Assembly: GCA_038087875.1 (NCBI GenBank)
Contig: CM075977.1
Coordinates: forward strand, 233,058,001 to 233,122,000
Reading direction: 5' to 3'
From: Malacoraja senta
Taxonomy: Eukaryota
DNA: 64,000 nt
Under the pieces are notes generated by a model. It worked only from the letters and a program-made list of their open reading frames with translations. It was not told the DNA's origin and ran no database searches. Numbering within the stretch: position 1 is the first letter of the stretch; each line of letters opens with the position of its first letter. Made by a program: the position numbers and the translations under genes. Positions 24,459 to 37,600 of this stretch are shown here, one piece after another.

Positions 24459-26343
24459 TTAAGGGTGACGACCCTGTTCAAAAGCACTGGGTTGCTCCTG
24501 TTTCTGCTGTTATAGCTGGTACTGAGACGAGTAGCCAAACTGGAAGGGCAACCTTCTATTCTCAGTACAGCTGGGCTCCATTATTGGGGTCAGTAGTAAA
24601 TCCAGCAGTGGAGCAAGTCAGCACATCTGCCAGCATCTGTCTTTCAAAGAGCAGTTATGGAAATCAAAGTCCAACTGAGCATGAAGTGAACATACACTAG
24701 TTGTGCATGGCTAGGTGAGTATGGTTTAACCCATGGTCTATTTCTCAAGACTAGTGCTAGATTAGGGTTAGGATGGAGGTCAAAGAACATATGGAGAGTG
24801 GAACAGACCATTCCAAATATGCATCTAATTTGGGCCTTTGTCTTAAATAATGCTTGCAGATGAAGGATCCTCACTGTAAGTCCACAAACTCTGAGAAGTT
24901 CTGGTGCCCTGTCCAGAAGAACAAAACCTAGTTGCAGTGGCTATTTTACGAATTGCAATGTTTCAAACAATAATGTAATGATGGACCACTGAAGTCAGAG
25001 TAATTTTTTTCTGGGAAGAATAACAGAAAAGGATGCCTTCCATTGGATAATGCCATATCATTTCTTTACAGTTTGAACATGCAGATTTTGATTAAAATCT
25101 CTCTCATATACATTCCAAAGATGAAGCAGCCACTCAATGGAGCAATGAGATATGTGTACAAATCTTAGTCTGAAAAATGATCAGAGACTAGTGCTTCTTC
25201 ACCAACATGAAAATGAAGCCCAAACAAAAAAAGATCCATTGTCCAAGTTAGTTTAAAACAATGCTGTTTATAGTTTGTTAACATTGGCATGTAAACTAAG
25301 CAGTATTAAGCAGGTTTATCATAATTGGCATATAAACTAAGCAGTATTATGCTAGTTTGTTATCATGTTTTAGCCTGTGAGTTCTGCAGCTTAATTTCTA
25401 AAGGCCATTTAGACATTGAGTTATTCTTGGCAAAACATCTTGGTTATAGGGGTCGAGGAAAGAGCGTTCACGTTGCAGCTCTGTTTTCACCAATCTTTCC
25501 ACCACCACGCACAAGAAGCACATTACAGACACCATTGTATGCAGATGCCGAGGAGTGTGTCCAGCTCTGGTTGAACAACTTCTAATCTTGTGTGTGGACT
25601 CGATAAGAAGAAGGTTATATAGGTTAATGTGCAAAGCCTAGTTTCAGATTTATCTTTTGATCATTATTAGTTTGTTATCAATTAACAAAGATTCTCTACC
25701 CTTTGTTCAAATCTTCCATTTGAAATTGGTGAAGGTCATTAAAGTGTTATTATGATGTTACAATATTGTAATACTACATTTTTCATTTTCCTTTAATGAA
25801 CCTGTGTGTATTTTCTCTTTAAGGACACTGTATATTTCTGAAATTGCACTGTATTTTGTGTGTGGCAAAGAAGAAAAGCATCCAAGTTTCCATCGTGGTC
25901 TGCAGTTTGATTAGTTATTATAAAGTGTTGGAGCTTATAAGGACAGATGGAAATCAGCAGGATTTCAGTGGGAGCAGAGCAGTAGATGCAAGAAAAGTTA
26001 GATTCAACAGCATGTATATTGGATAATTTTAGTTCCTCCCCAGACAAAAATTTGTATACAGGAATATATGTATTTAAAGTAATTTGCAATCAAAACTATA
26101 TATAGCAATATGAAATTCATATAATTCAAATAAATCAAATGAATTCAAATAAATTAGTATGATATGCCTGATGTTGATGTTTTTCTTTAAGGTAAATGCG
26201 TTGTTTTGCACATCTCCCAGGGGTTTGGTGATCTAGCACAATATTTTTCAGACGCTGAACCTTCAGTGATATATTACACTTGTATTTCATTCCCTGTCTT
26301 CTGATGTTATACACACCTAACCAAACAAATAAATTAATCTTGT

Positions 26344-26465
26344 GTAAGAAGGAACTGCAGATGCTGGTTTAAACCGAAGACAGACACAAAAAGCTGGAGT
26401 AACTCTCAGCGGGACAGGCAGCATCTCTGGAGAGAAGGAATGGGTGACGTTTCGGGTCGAGACCC
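26344..26465 (-). mobile_element. Penelope-derived terminal insert, truncated within hammerhead stem II
   Basis: TSD TAATCTTGT on both sides; reverse strand gggtctcgacccgaaacgtcacccattcc. Confidence 0.8.
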
Positions 26466-26780
26466 TAATCTTGTTGATCACTTTGGTGTATTGGTACTTC
26501 ATTCTGTGCATGAACCATTGCACTGAGACTGAGCAGTGCCTGATAAGTATTTTAATGCGAGACACGACAAAGAATTAAATGGAGGTATGGCAAGATCCTC
26601 CCAGAGTTCTTCCCATTAGTGGTAACACAATGGGAAGAATTCCAAGATTGTTCAACATAATAAGTTCATTCTCTAAAGTAGATTAAAAATACCTTTCATT
26701 CCCAATACAATTAATGCACTCATAACAAACTGAACCACAGAAGTCAATATGGAGTCAGGAACAGAGAACTTGTTACTTAC

Positions 26781-27088
26781 TAGTGCAGCCCTTCTTGCAA
26801 CCACAGTGTGAAATTGTCCATCAGAGACCCTCTTGGTTGTCATCAGTCTGTGTGCTCCACTTCCAAGGTTAAAAGAGAATTTCATCTTGCCTTCCACTAT
26901 TTCCAGGGCCAGGAACTCAGCCTTGTTTCCTGTCTGATTGTCATAGTTATACATCAGCAGAGAATTTTCTTTAATGGTGGAAAATTTGATATAGATATAA
27001 TTATTGTTTGGATCCAGACTGGGAAACTCCATGTATGACATCTCTTCAAAGCCGTAACTGTTCAGTTCACAGTGCTTTCCAAAGACAC
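26781..27088 (-). CDS. FAT4: FAT4 internal exon (308 bp), laminin-G domain 1 N-part: GVFGKHCELNSYGFEEMSYMEFPSLDPNNNYIY...VVARRAAL
   Basis: Acceptor tgtttcag|GT, donor CTA|gtaagt; overlaps ORF 26673-27041. Confidence 0.96.
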
Positions 27089-27590
27089 CTGAAACAACAA
27101 AATAATCAGTGTAATTAATTCAACTATTGCCCTCCAGTAGTGACAGATCAACGATTCAACAAATAATCAAGCGCTTATATAACCATTAACTTTTTTATGA
27201 GCTCAGCATATCACAAAACATCACTTGGCATTTCTTTCTTTTTTGCATATATTTCATGGTTTACTTTAAACTTGAATTAATTTGAACAAGCTGTTTGTTC
27301 TGCACAGGTTTTTAATTTTGGGTATATGCTACTGACGTTAGTGTGAAAATATTCAGCCCAAGTTATCAGTGCCTACATGAATATAAAATGGACGTAATTT
27401 TTGAAATAAATTAGAGCAAGTTAGTTCCAAACCAAAATGAGAATAAATAAAAAGAATATTTCAATGAGTTGTGTTTGAAAAACAATACAAATCTTCTCAT
27501 GCGAGACAAAGAGAAAATGCTGGACTTGCGTGCCAGGTCAATCAAGACTGGTCCGGTGAAGGAACCAAGCTGAAAGGTTACTGCATTAGT

Positions 27591-27648
27591 CTGAAGAAGG
27601 GTTCTGACCCGAAACGTAGTCTGAAGAAGGGTTTCGACCTGAAATATC
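27591..27648 (+). ncRNA. Tandem pair of minimal hammerhead motifs within a Penelope-derived fragment (27585-27720)
   Basis: ctgaagaagggttctgacccgaaacgta-gt-ctgaagaagggtttcgacctgaaatatc; 30-nt period. Confidence 0.62.
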
Positions 27649-28479
27649 ACCAATCGTTTATCTCCAGAGATGTTGCCTTACCGCTGAGTTACTCCAGCAC
27701 TTTGTGTATATCTTCGATTACTGCACATTTTACTTCAATTCTGTTTTCAGCTTAGCCGGTTGGTGTTTTCCTTTCTGTTTATTTCTCTGTCCTTGTAGCT
27801 GGGTGGTAAAGTCAATACCAGGGAACGTGAAAAATAATCACATTCATTTTATCTGTACTCCATCTCATGGCACTGAAGAATTTGAGGTGGTGACGTGGTC
27901 ATTTTAATTTTCTTAAGCATTGCCTCAGGGTCAAGGATAACTTGCTTCCACTCTGGTATTGTGGGTTCTGAAGTGGCAGAGACCATTGTAGGAAGTATAG
28001 ACCTTTCAACACATGAGGCAGGAAGTAGCTGACAGGACAGGGAGATGAATGGGTGATTTGTTAGGTGGTACTTTTCCTCCCCTGCGCAAATAGGGTTTTG
28101 CTGTGCTCCAAAATGCATGACTTTGAGGTCATCAATGTCATCCCTAAAGGCCTTTTTTTCCACTTTGAGAGGTCATGGGCCAGAAGATCTCACAGATCAG
28201 TGGGGGTGTTACAATTCTCCGAGGAAACTTTAAGCACATTTCTGAATCCTGAGTCAGAAGAAGGGTCCTGACTTGGAAACCTCGCCTATCCAATCCGTCC
28301 ACAGATGCTGCCTGACCCACTGATTTACTCCATCACTTTGTGTTGTGTTCCGAACCCTTTTCCCTCTCTGCCTAGTAATCTCTTCACATGACAAAGTTCG
28401 GAATATTGTGTTTGTTTAGAGCACCTGGCATTGGGCAGTCGAATGAAGTGATCTACCCAATAATAAAGTTGTAACCTCC

Positions 28480-28800
28480 TGGGGATACAGTATGGAAACC
28501 GGCTATTCTGAGCCCATGCCAACCACAAAGTACCCATTTTAAGACTAATCCATTGTTTTCTCCCCACATTGCATCAATCCCTTCAGATTATACTATACTA
28601 TTCATTTATACAATAGGAACAAATTACCATAGTCAATTAACCAACCAACCTGCACATTTTTGGGATGTGGGTGGAAACTGGAGCACCCAGGGGGAAACCC
28701 ACATGGACACGGGAAGAATGTGCAAATTCCACACTGAATCAAACCCAGCTTGCTGGAACTGTGAAGCAGCCACCCTTCTGGTTGCAGCACTGTGTTGCCT
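28480..28800 (-). mobile_element. V-SINE, diverged
   Basis: V-domain tgggatgtgggtggaaactggagcacccagggggaaacccac. Confidence 0.78.
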
Positions 28801-29354
28801 TTAGTTAGTTTATCCTTGCAGTGACTTCAGTGGATTTTGCAAATAACGCATAGATAGTATTTGTTCAGTGCCTTGAGATTCCTGCTGTAGGTGGGCCTGA
28901 CCGCAGAAACACGTAGGAAGGCTCGATCACTATTGCTCTGTTCAACAAGAGTTTTGTGCTTCGTCTGAGATATGATCTTCTATGGTTCATACTGGAGCGA
29001 TTGCCATAGATTGAACCGTTACCCATTTGTTCAGAAAAATACATTTGCACCCATCAGTTTGTCTATTGGAGGCAAGGTGCAGCATTGGAAACAAAAAAAT
29101 TGAGAAGGAAAGACATTAATGGGGTAACTCAGTGGGTTAGGTAGCATCCTGGAGAACATGAATAGGTGACGTTTCCGGTCAAGACCCTTCTTCAGACAGA
29201 TTGCAGGGGTGGGAAGAATGAAAGCTACGAGTGTAGAGGGGCGAGACAAAGCATGGCAGCACAGACGTGAACACAGGCGAAGGTGATTGCAAAATGATTG
29301 AACAAAGGTCAGAGAAGGGTCCCGACCCAAAATATCACCTATTCTTTATTTGCA

Positions 29355-31620
29355 ATAGACAATAGGTGCAGGAATAGGCCATTCGGCCCTTCGAGCCAGC
29401 ACCGCCATTCATTATGATCATGGCTGATCATCCATATTCAGTACTCCGTTCCAGCCTTTCCCCCCATATCCCCTGACCTTTAAGAGCTCTATCCAACTCT
29501 CTCTTGAAAGCATACAGAGAATTGGCCTCCACTGCCTTCTGAGGCAGAGAATTCCACAGATTCACAATCCTCTGTGCGAAAATGTTTTTCCTCATCTCCG
29601 TGCTAAGTTGCTTACCCCTTATTCGTAAACTGTGGCCTCTGGTTCTGGATTCCCCCAACATTGGGAACATGTTTCCTACGTCTATCATGTCCAAACCCTT
29701 AATAATCTTAAATGCTTCAATAAGATTCCCTCTCATCCTTCTAAATTCCAGAGTATACAAGCCCAGCCGCTCCATTCTATCAACATATGACAGTCCCGCC
29801 ATCCCGGGAATTAACCTCGCAAACCTACGCTACACTCCCTCAAAAGCAAGAATGTCCTTCCTCAAATTTGGAGACCAAAACTGCACACAATACTCCAGGC
29901 GTGGTCTCACCAGGGCCCTGTACAACTGCAGAAGGACCTCTTTGCTCCTGTACTCAACTCCTCTTGTTATGAAGGCCAACATGCCATTCGCTTTCTTCAT
30001 TGCCTGCTGTTCCTGCATACTTACTTTCAGTGACTGATGAACAAGAACCCCCAGATCTCGTTGTACTTCCCCTTTTCCCAACTTGACACCATTCAGATAA
30101 TAATCTGCCTTCCTGATTTTGCCACCAAAGTGGATAACCTCACATTTATCCACATTAAACTGCATCTGCCATACATCTGCTCACTCATCCAACCTGTCCA
30201 AGTCATCCTGCATCCTCAGAGCATCCTATTCACAGTTCACACTGCCACCCAGCTTTGTGTCATCTGTAAAGTTGCTAATGTTACTTTATCCCTTCATCTA
30301 AATCATTAATGCATATTGTAAATACCTTGCGGTACCCCACTAGTCACTGCCTGTCATTCTGAACGGGACCCGTTAACCCCTACTCTTTGTTTCCTGTCTG
30401 CCAACCAATTCTCTATCCATGTCAGTAACTTACCCCCAATACCGTGTGCTCTAATTTTGTCCACTAATCTCCTCTGGGGGACCTTATCAAATGCTTTCTG
30501 AAAGTCCAGGTACACTACATCCACTGGCTCTCCCTTGTCTCTTTTCCTAGTTACATCCTCAAAAAATTCCAGAAGATTAGTCAAGCATGATTTCCCCTTC
30601 GTAAATCTATGCTGACTCGGACCGATCCTGCTACTGCTATCCAAATGTGCTGCTATTTCATCTTTTATAATTGACTCTAGCATCTTCCCCACCACCGATG
30701 TCAGGCTAACTGGTCTATAATTCCATGTTTTCTCTCTCCAGCCTTTCTTAAAAAGTGGGATAACATTAGCTACCCGCCAATCCACAGGAACTGATCCTGA
30801 ATCTATAGAACACTGGAAAATGATCACCAATGCATCCACAATTTCAGGAGTCACTTCCTTACCCTGGGATGCAGACCATCAGGCCCTGGGGTTTATCAGC
30901 CTTCAATCCCATCAGTCTACCCAACACCGTTTCCTGCCTAATGTGAATTTCCTTGAGTTTCTCCATCACCCTATATCCTCTGGCCACTAGTACATCAGGG
31001 AGATTGTTTGTGTCTTCCTTAGTGAAGACAGATCCGAAGTACCTGTTCAACTCGTCTGCCATTTCCTTGTTCCCCATAATAAATTCACCTTTTTCAGTAT
31101 TCAAGGGTCCAACTTTGGTCTTAACTACTTTTTTCCTCTTCATATACCTAAAGAAGCTTTTACTATCCTCCTTTATATTCTTGGCTAGCTTACCTTTGTA
31201 CCTCATCTTTTCTCCCCATATTGCCTTTTTAGGTATCTGCTGTTGCTCTTTAAAAGTTACCCAATCCTCTGGCTTCCAGCTCATCTTTGCTATGTTATAC
31301 TTCTTCTCTTTAATTCTTATACTGTCCCTGACTTCCCTTGTCAGCCACGGTCGCCCCCTACTCCCCTTGGAATCTTTCTTCCTCTTTGGAATGAACTGAT
31401 CCTGCATTTTCCCAGAAATACCTGCCATTGTCATTCCACTGTCATCCCTGCTGGGGTATCTTTCCAGTCAACTTTGGCCAGCTCCTCCCCATGGCTCCAT
31501 AGTCCCCTTTGTTCAACTGTAGTACTGACACTTCTGAATTTCCCTTCTCCCTCTCAAATTGTAGATTAAAACTTATCATATTATGGTCACTATCTCCCAA
31601 TGGCTCCTTTACCTCAAGTT
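29355..31620 (-). mobile_element. CR1-type LINE, 5'-truncated ~2.3 kb, frameshifted reverse transcriptase
   Basis: ORF fragments [56 protein letters not shown]; tail (attgtct)n; TSD TTTATTTGCA at 29345-29354 vs TTTATTTTTTGCA at 31734-31746. Confidence 0.96.
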
Positions 31621-31736
31621 GTGACAGATCAACAATTCAAAAAATAATCAAGCACTTATATAATCATTAATTTTCTTGTGAGCTCAGCATATCACAAAAC
31701 ATCACTTGGTATTTATTTATTTTTTCGCATATATTT
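31621..31736. repeat. Direct copy (~90% identical) of intronic segment 27140-27254
   Basis: Manual alignment: about 10 substitutions and 1 indel in ~115 bp. Confidence 0.92.
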
Positions 31737-31949
31737 ATTTTTTGCAGAGATGCCGCCTGACCCACTGAGTTACTCTGGCATTTTACGTCTCTCTTTGCTC
31801 TATCTTTGGTCAGAGATGGCACAAAAGGATTAGAGAGTTGCAACGTGTGTAGCGAGAGGATGGACGAGGTGGGAATTGTTTAGGAATGCAGAGGAGAGGG
31901 AGGGGAGTGGTGAGATAGGTGCAAGATAAGCTGGGGTGGGGGGGACACG

Positions 31950-32330
31950 TGGGAGGCAAGGTGGTGTTTTGCGGAGGTTACGTAAAGTTGGAGAATTCAA
32001 TGTTGATACCATTGTGTTGTAAGCTGCCCAAGCGGAATATGAAATGCTTTTCCACTAGTTTGCGTGTGGTCTCACTCTGGCATTGGCGGAGGGCCAGGTC
32101 AGAGAGGTCAGTATGGGGAATGGGAAAGGGCGTTAAAATGGTTAATTGGTGTTTCCGCAGGCCTTGGCGGACTGAGCACAAGTGGCGAAACGGTCGCCGA
32201 GTCTACGCCTGGTCTCGCTGATATATAGATCACATCGGGAACACCGGATGCAGTAGATGAGGTTAGAGGAGGTGCACGTGAACCTCTGTCTCCCCTGGAA
32301 GAACTTTCGGGGTTCCTGGATGAGGCGAGG
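31950..32330 (-). mobile_element. Penelope-like element GIY-YIG endonuclease fragment
   Basis: Reverse strand encodes CTSSNLIYCIRCSRCDLYISETRRRLGDRF and CQSETTRKLVEKHFIFRLGSLQHNGINIEFSNF. Confidence 0.85.
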
Positions 32331-34465
32331 AAGGAGTCACGTTGTTTCTCTGTGGTCCCTATGAAGCACTCTGATCCGGACATGAGGAGGGACTTGCTTC
32401 AGCAAACCTTACAGAGGACCTATCTGACCAGGTGGAGGCTGTGCAGACTGGCAGTTCTGTACTTAACCATGTTGCTGGGTCTCTTTGGCCCCACCACACC
32501 AATATCACCCCCCCCTCCCACCCCCCTACTGGACACTGGCCCTATCACAACATATTCCAATTTAATAAATTGTTGCTACTACCTTCTTTACCACCCTAAT
32601 GCTTCAACCTAACCCTTTCGGTACCAACTTCCCTGGAGTGTAGTAGATAAAACAAGAGGCCTTTCTGTGTACAAACGGTGAAAAGCCTATTCAATTGTGC
32701 ACAGGCCTTGAGCAATAAACATATGTTTGCCCAATGCATATCATCAGTTTTATGCATCTTTCTGGCTAATAGAATTAAGAAATATGGAAGAAAGCAAGAA
32801 AGCATGATCAAGATGATCAGACACGATCATATTGGATGGCGGTGCTGGCTCGAAGGGCCGAATGGCCTATTCCTGCACCTATTTTCTATATTTTTTCCAG
32901 ATGCATAACATTCTCTAGCCCCTTACATTTGTTTGAGTGTTATGAAGCAACAAGGTATTTATTCTTCCGCAAGATCCGTGTGAGACTTATTTATGTGCCA
33001 CAAAACAGATTGCAGCAAATGAGAACTAACAGGGTAGGCAAAGTGATTTATTGAGCACTCTGCCTGCAAAAAGCAGGGGAATATTTGTGCTTTACTCACT
33101 CTAAGTACCTCTTTGAAAACTAAACACTTGGAATGATTAACTTTAACTGACCTTGATCTTTATTCCAATGGTAATGAAAGAGCAAAGTAAAAACTTAATA
33201 GATGTATCTGTGAGGCATTGTGAGCAAAATTGCAGATGTCTGAAGGTATATATTTTCAATTTCACCAGAAATTTCAAACAGAAGGAATTCTCACACTGGA
33301 TTATAGTGAGTACATTTGACAATCAACTACTTGGCTTGACTACCTTTAGCCAGTCCTCCAGTCAGTTATTATTTGAACAGCAGTTTGGATAATAAGCTTT
33401 CAGGCTTGAATTAGCAAACTCAAACTAAAATTATAACATTGTTAAAGATTCTGGGTCAATGAAGTTGACTGATGTCAATTTGGTTCCCAACATATTAACG
33501 TGTTCTTACCAATCCCTATCAATTGTTATCAATTTATGTAGCTGGAACAAAAAACAGTTAATGTTGAAAGAAAAGAAACAATAACTGCTCATGAAGTTTT
33601 CATAACAGTGAACCCTGAGCAATATTTCTGTTAGATATTTCCCTACGAATAACTTCGCTCTATCAAATAGTAAGTCCCACAAATTTATTTTTGACACATT
33701 GAAGTCTATTTACATGGATTGTGTTGATGAAGCACTGCATTGTACTCTCTTGCACACTCCTTGACAATACGACTGGCTCCCCACCACATAATCTCTCTAA
33801 TAAATGTGAATACATCTTATAGTACTGTATACTTTCATACGTGAAATATTGCTTTGGATAGGTTAAGGGAATGCTGGGTTATGTCCCACTCTCCCATCAT
33901 GTGGAAACTGCAATATAACATGACACTGCAGTGCATAGATTGCCAAAAAGTTCTCAGCTATCTTGAATGATTATGGATATTATTTCATAAAGGTTTTGTT
34001 TGCATACTGTGGTAGTGAAAGGGCAGAGCACAGCTGTCTATTTCACTAACACTGCTGTTTCTAATTATCTTCTTCATGAGGTGGCTGCAATCACAACAAC
34101 AAACTCAAAATCTGTGGTTATGATTCAATTTGGCACTTTCCAACTAAAGCAAGAACAGCCGAGGGTCTCTTAGTCATCTACAAAACCGCCTGAAGTCTTT
34201 TAGTGACATTAAACTATTTCACTCGGTCAGAAAAAGTTGAGAGCATGAAACAAAAAAATATATATGCAAAAATCTTTGAGAAAGTCAAAGGAACCAGAAC
34301 CCCAAACTAAAGGCATGGGGCTATGCAACTTGAACATTCCTCAAGAGTCACACAAGAATTTAGATGCTGGCATCGTGAGCAACAAAAAGTGTGAGAGGTA
34401 CTAAGCAAACTGTTTTAGATTTGAAGAAGGGCCCCAAAGTGAAATGTTCTTCCCTGTCCCATCAA

Positions 34466-34755
34466 ACAAAAGAAGTGTGAAAACACACACCTCCAGATAC
34501 ATGGACAGTTTATTCCTGGCTGTTAGCAGGCAACTGAACCATCCTACTGCAATCAGAGAGAAGTCCTGAACTACTATCAGACTATCTTTGATTGGACTTT
34601 GCTGGTTTTACCTTGCACTAAATGTTATTCTCTTATCGTGTATCTGTACACTGTGAATGGCTCGATTGTAATCATGTATTACCTTTCCGCTGGCTGGTTA
34701 GCACGCAACAAAAGCTTTTCTCTGTACCTCGGTACACGTGACAATAAATAAACTA
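34466..34755 (+). mobile_element. Rex/Babar-type LINE 3' end, inserted in a Penelope-derived fragment
   Basis: ORF-end motif DSLFLAVSRQLN and tail ctgtacctcggtacacgtgacaataaataaactaa; PLE motif on both sides. Confidence 0.72.
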
Positions 34756-37109
34756 ATCCATTTCATTCCAGAGATGCTGCCTGGCTTGCTGAGCTCCCCT
34801 AGCAGTTTTTTTTCTTTCTCTGTTGATGATCAGTCCAAGCTGAGTTTTTGAAAGAATGCAAGTGTGAGGTGTTGCACTTTGGTATGTCAAACCTGTGCAG
34901 GGTTTATATAATAAATGGTAGAGGCCCACAGGGCATAGTTGAACACAAAGATCTGGGGTTACACGTGTATGGTTTTCTGAGATCCACACATATCCAATTC
35001 TAGGTCACAAAGGGGTATTGTTGTCCCTTCCCTCTACTCCACTTAGAAGGTTACACTATCATATAAGCATACACTGGATGATCTTAATGGAAGGTCTCAG
35101 ACCTTTATGCATACGATGCTGTCTCAGGTAAACTCATCATTACCACCACAAGTATAACCTGGCATTAAATGACAAATTCACACAAAGCAAAATGTCTTTG
35201 ATCGTGAACTACTTTGCATCCAGCTGCTAGCTCAGTATGTGTGTTTCTTAAAGCCATTGCTCACAGTTAAGGTATTTTACAGATAGACGAGCAAGAGGGA
35301 TTTCCAATATCATGAACATAAATTAACGAACATTACATTGGTATGTGTTTGTCAGGATACTGGTATCACTTGGTCTTGTTAGTTCTGTAATTATGATTAT
35401 TAGTATGAATACAATTTTGAAGTCAAAATGTGTCAATTCCCAGTGTCATAAATTGCAAAGACTGAATGGGAATTTTGCAATAAAAAGTGTATGTGCTTGA
35501 ATTCTCAGGGATTTTGCTTTGCTGTTAGGTGAAATGAGACCCCTGGCTGCTTAATGGAGAGAGCTTTAATGATTTCCTAATCCAAGAGCAAGAGTTATTT
35601 TAACAATGGGGGCTGGTAGCCAGCTCCAGTGGAGGCACACTGGGAGTGTTCAGCCCAATAAATGGATTTAAAGTTGGAAGGGTACTCTGAAGGGAGAAGT
35701 TAGAATGGTACCATGTTATTCTGAAGGGAGAAGCCAAAGACTCGAAAAAAGACGAATGGCTCAAGGTCAGTTTTATTCATTTTTGCATTTAGGGAAACTA
35801 TGGTAGTTATTCATAGCAATCAGTTCCATCTGAGATCCGCTACTTTTGACCTCTAAAGTCTGTGACTTTAGAAAGCCCAGTACAGATAGCCACCTCATAA
35901 TGTATGTTCAGCAGAGATCCGGGAGCAGTTTTGTAACATCTCCAGATTTACCCTGAAGCCAGCTATGGAGATGGGATACATATAGAAAAAATATTATTGG
36001 CTCTTCATAATTCGTATATCATAACAGTAATATATGTAGTTGGATTGGATTCTTAGCAAACTTCCTTCATTCCTCCACAACGACACAGTTTAATCCTTCA
36101 AAACAACCACTTGTAATAATTTGTTGATCTCCCAAGTCAACCATCCTTGTGGTCCAAGAGTGTCCTGCTTCCCCCTTCACAGTAGAATGGTAACATTCCA
36201 CCTCTAAAGCAGTTTATGTGGGCATTTTGGTCAGCATGGTGAGTTGGGCTGAAGGGCCTGTTTCTGTGCTGCATGACTCTATGACTCCATGAGTGGAATT
36301 ACTGTTTTGGTGAGAAGTTAACTGAAGTTAACTGCTGTTTTGGTGAGAAGTTAACCCATCAGGTTGCTCTGTTTTATATTGGGGTCTTTGAGCTTGAATC
36401 TTCAGTGAGTACTAGATTGAAGCTCTGGTCTTTGAAGTGATGGGGCAGTACAAAAATCCTCTGAACCATCGAGTCCCAGAGAAATTTAGAGTTTTACTGT
36501 AATGTCTAAACCTTTTTTGTTCCCAATCCATAATGCACATAGGTTGAACGTTTATTTCAGAATGCGGGATATCTGAAGGGTCACGGTTTAAAGAAATGCT
36601 CAAATTTGAGTTCATTTTATATTTTGTCAATATTATCTGTTTAACACTAAGGACAGCCTGGAATCTGTTTGTATATACCATCTGGAGTATCTAGCTTATA
36701 TTCCAGCCTTCATTTTGTGATTTGCTATTATTGTCAAGCTTTTGACTACATTGCAAGCAAACTTTGGACAAGTACAAATATGGTGAAAACAAATAATTGT
36801 GATTTATCTTAAATAAAATTTATAGAATGAAGTAACAGCTCTCAGCATTCAATATGCAGCAATGTCCAATGTGGTTTGAATCACCTTAAATTCTTGCTGG
36901 TGGCCTGCCATACTGGCACTTATTTCAACTCTTAATACTTTACTTTAATGCATGATGGCAATAGTTTCTGTACAAGTTAGCATGTTCCCTTCACAAACAG
37001 AATGATTAAGACCATTTTTCCAGATGTTACAGAGACTAAAAAATGTAAGTGCTTCCAATTGCAATTCACATCAGGAAAGTGAATACCCACAGTGTTGAAC
37101 AGAATTGGC

Positions 37110-37600
37110 TCATTATGGGCTTAGGAAGTTCAGTTTTAATGCGAGGAGTTAGAGCGGTAAAGGCTGACATTGATGATGAAGTTCACTGCAACTTTCAATG
37201 CTCCAGCATTGTCTTTGGCCAACTGAGAAAAAGGGAAATTGAACTTTAAGACCTCATTACAGACAAAACTCAGTCTACTGTGCAGCCATAATCCCTGCTC
37301 TCCTACACCCTTCCGAGTCCTGAGCTACTAACATGATGCACTGGAAATATACCACCAATATTGTCTTTGCAAAATCCTTCGAACCAATAAGTTACCCAAC
37401 ATCAGTGATCTCTCCCAAGCCAATTTCACCAACAGTATGGTCATAGTTATACTTACTCAGCTACATTGAGTAGGCAGAAACATACACTAATCCAGCACTA
37501 TCTTGAGAAGAAATAAAAATGTAAGAATATATTCAAAGTCTTCTTAAAGAAAAGCACTGGATTTCTCTGGAAATGGAGGAGCATTCAGGAGAGTACACAG
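37110..37600 (+). mobile_element. Decayed RTE-clade LINE fragment
   Basis: KADIDDEVHCNFQCSSIVFGQLRKR resembles the RTE post-RT motif DIDxEIxxRLxxASxAFGRL. Confidence 0.68.

Noticed and set aside
23688-24700. Overlapping ORFs on both strands
   Set aside because: By-product of GC-rich MITE and palindromic sequence
29428-31434. Reverse-transcriptase ORFs as a functional gene, retron or DGR-like system
   Set aside because: Frameshifted, 5'-truncated CR1 ORF2 with a typical 3' tail; the adjacent 115-bp duplicate shows no adenine-specific variation and is non-coding
36299-36355. Local duplication ctgttttggtgagaagttaac (similar ones at 23098-23128, 25292-25352, 50008-50045)
   Set aside because: Ordinary slippage or repair duplications with no further structure
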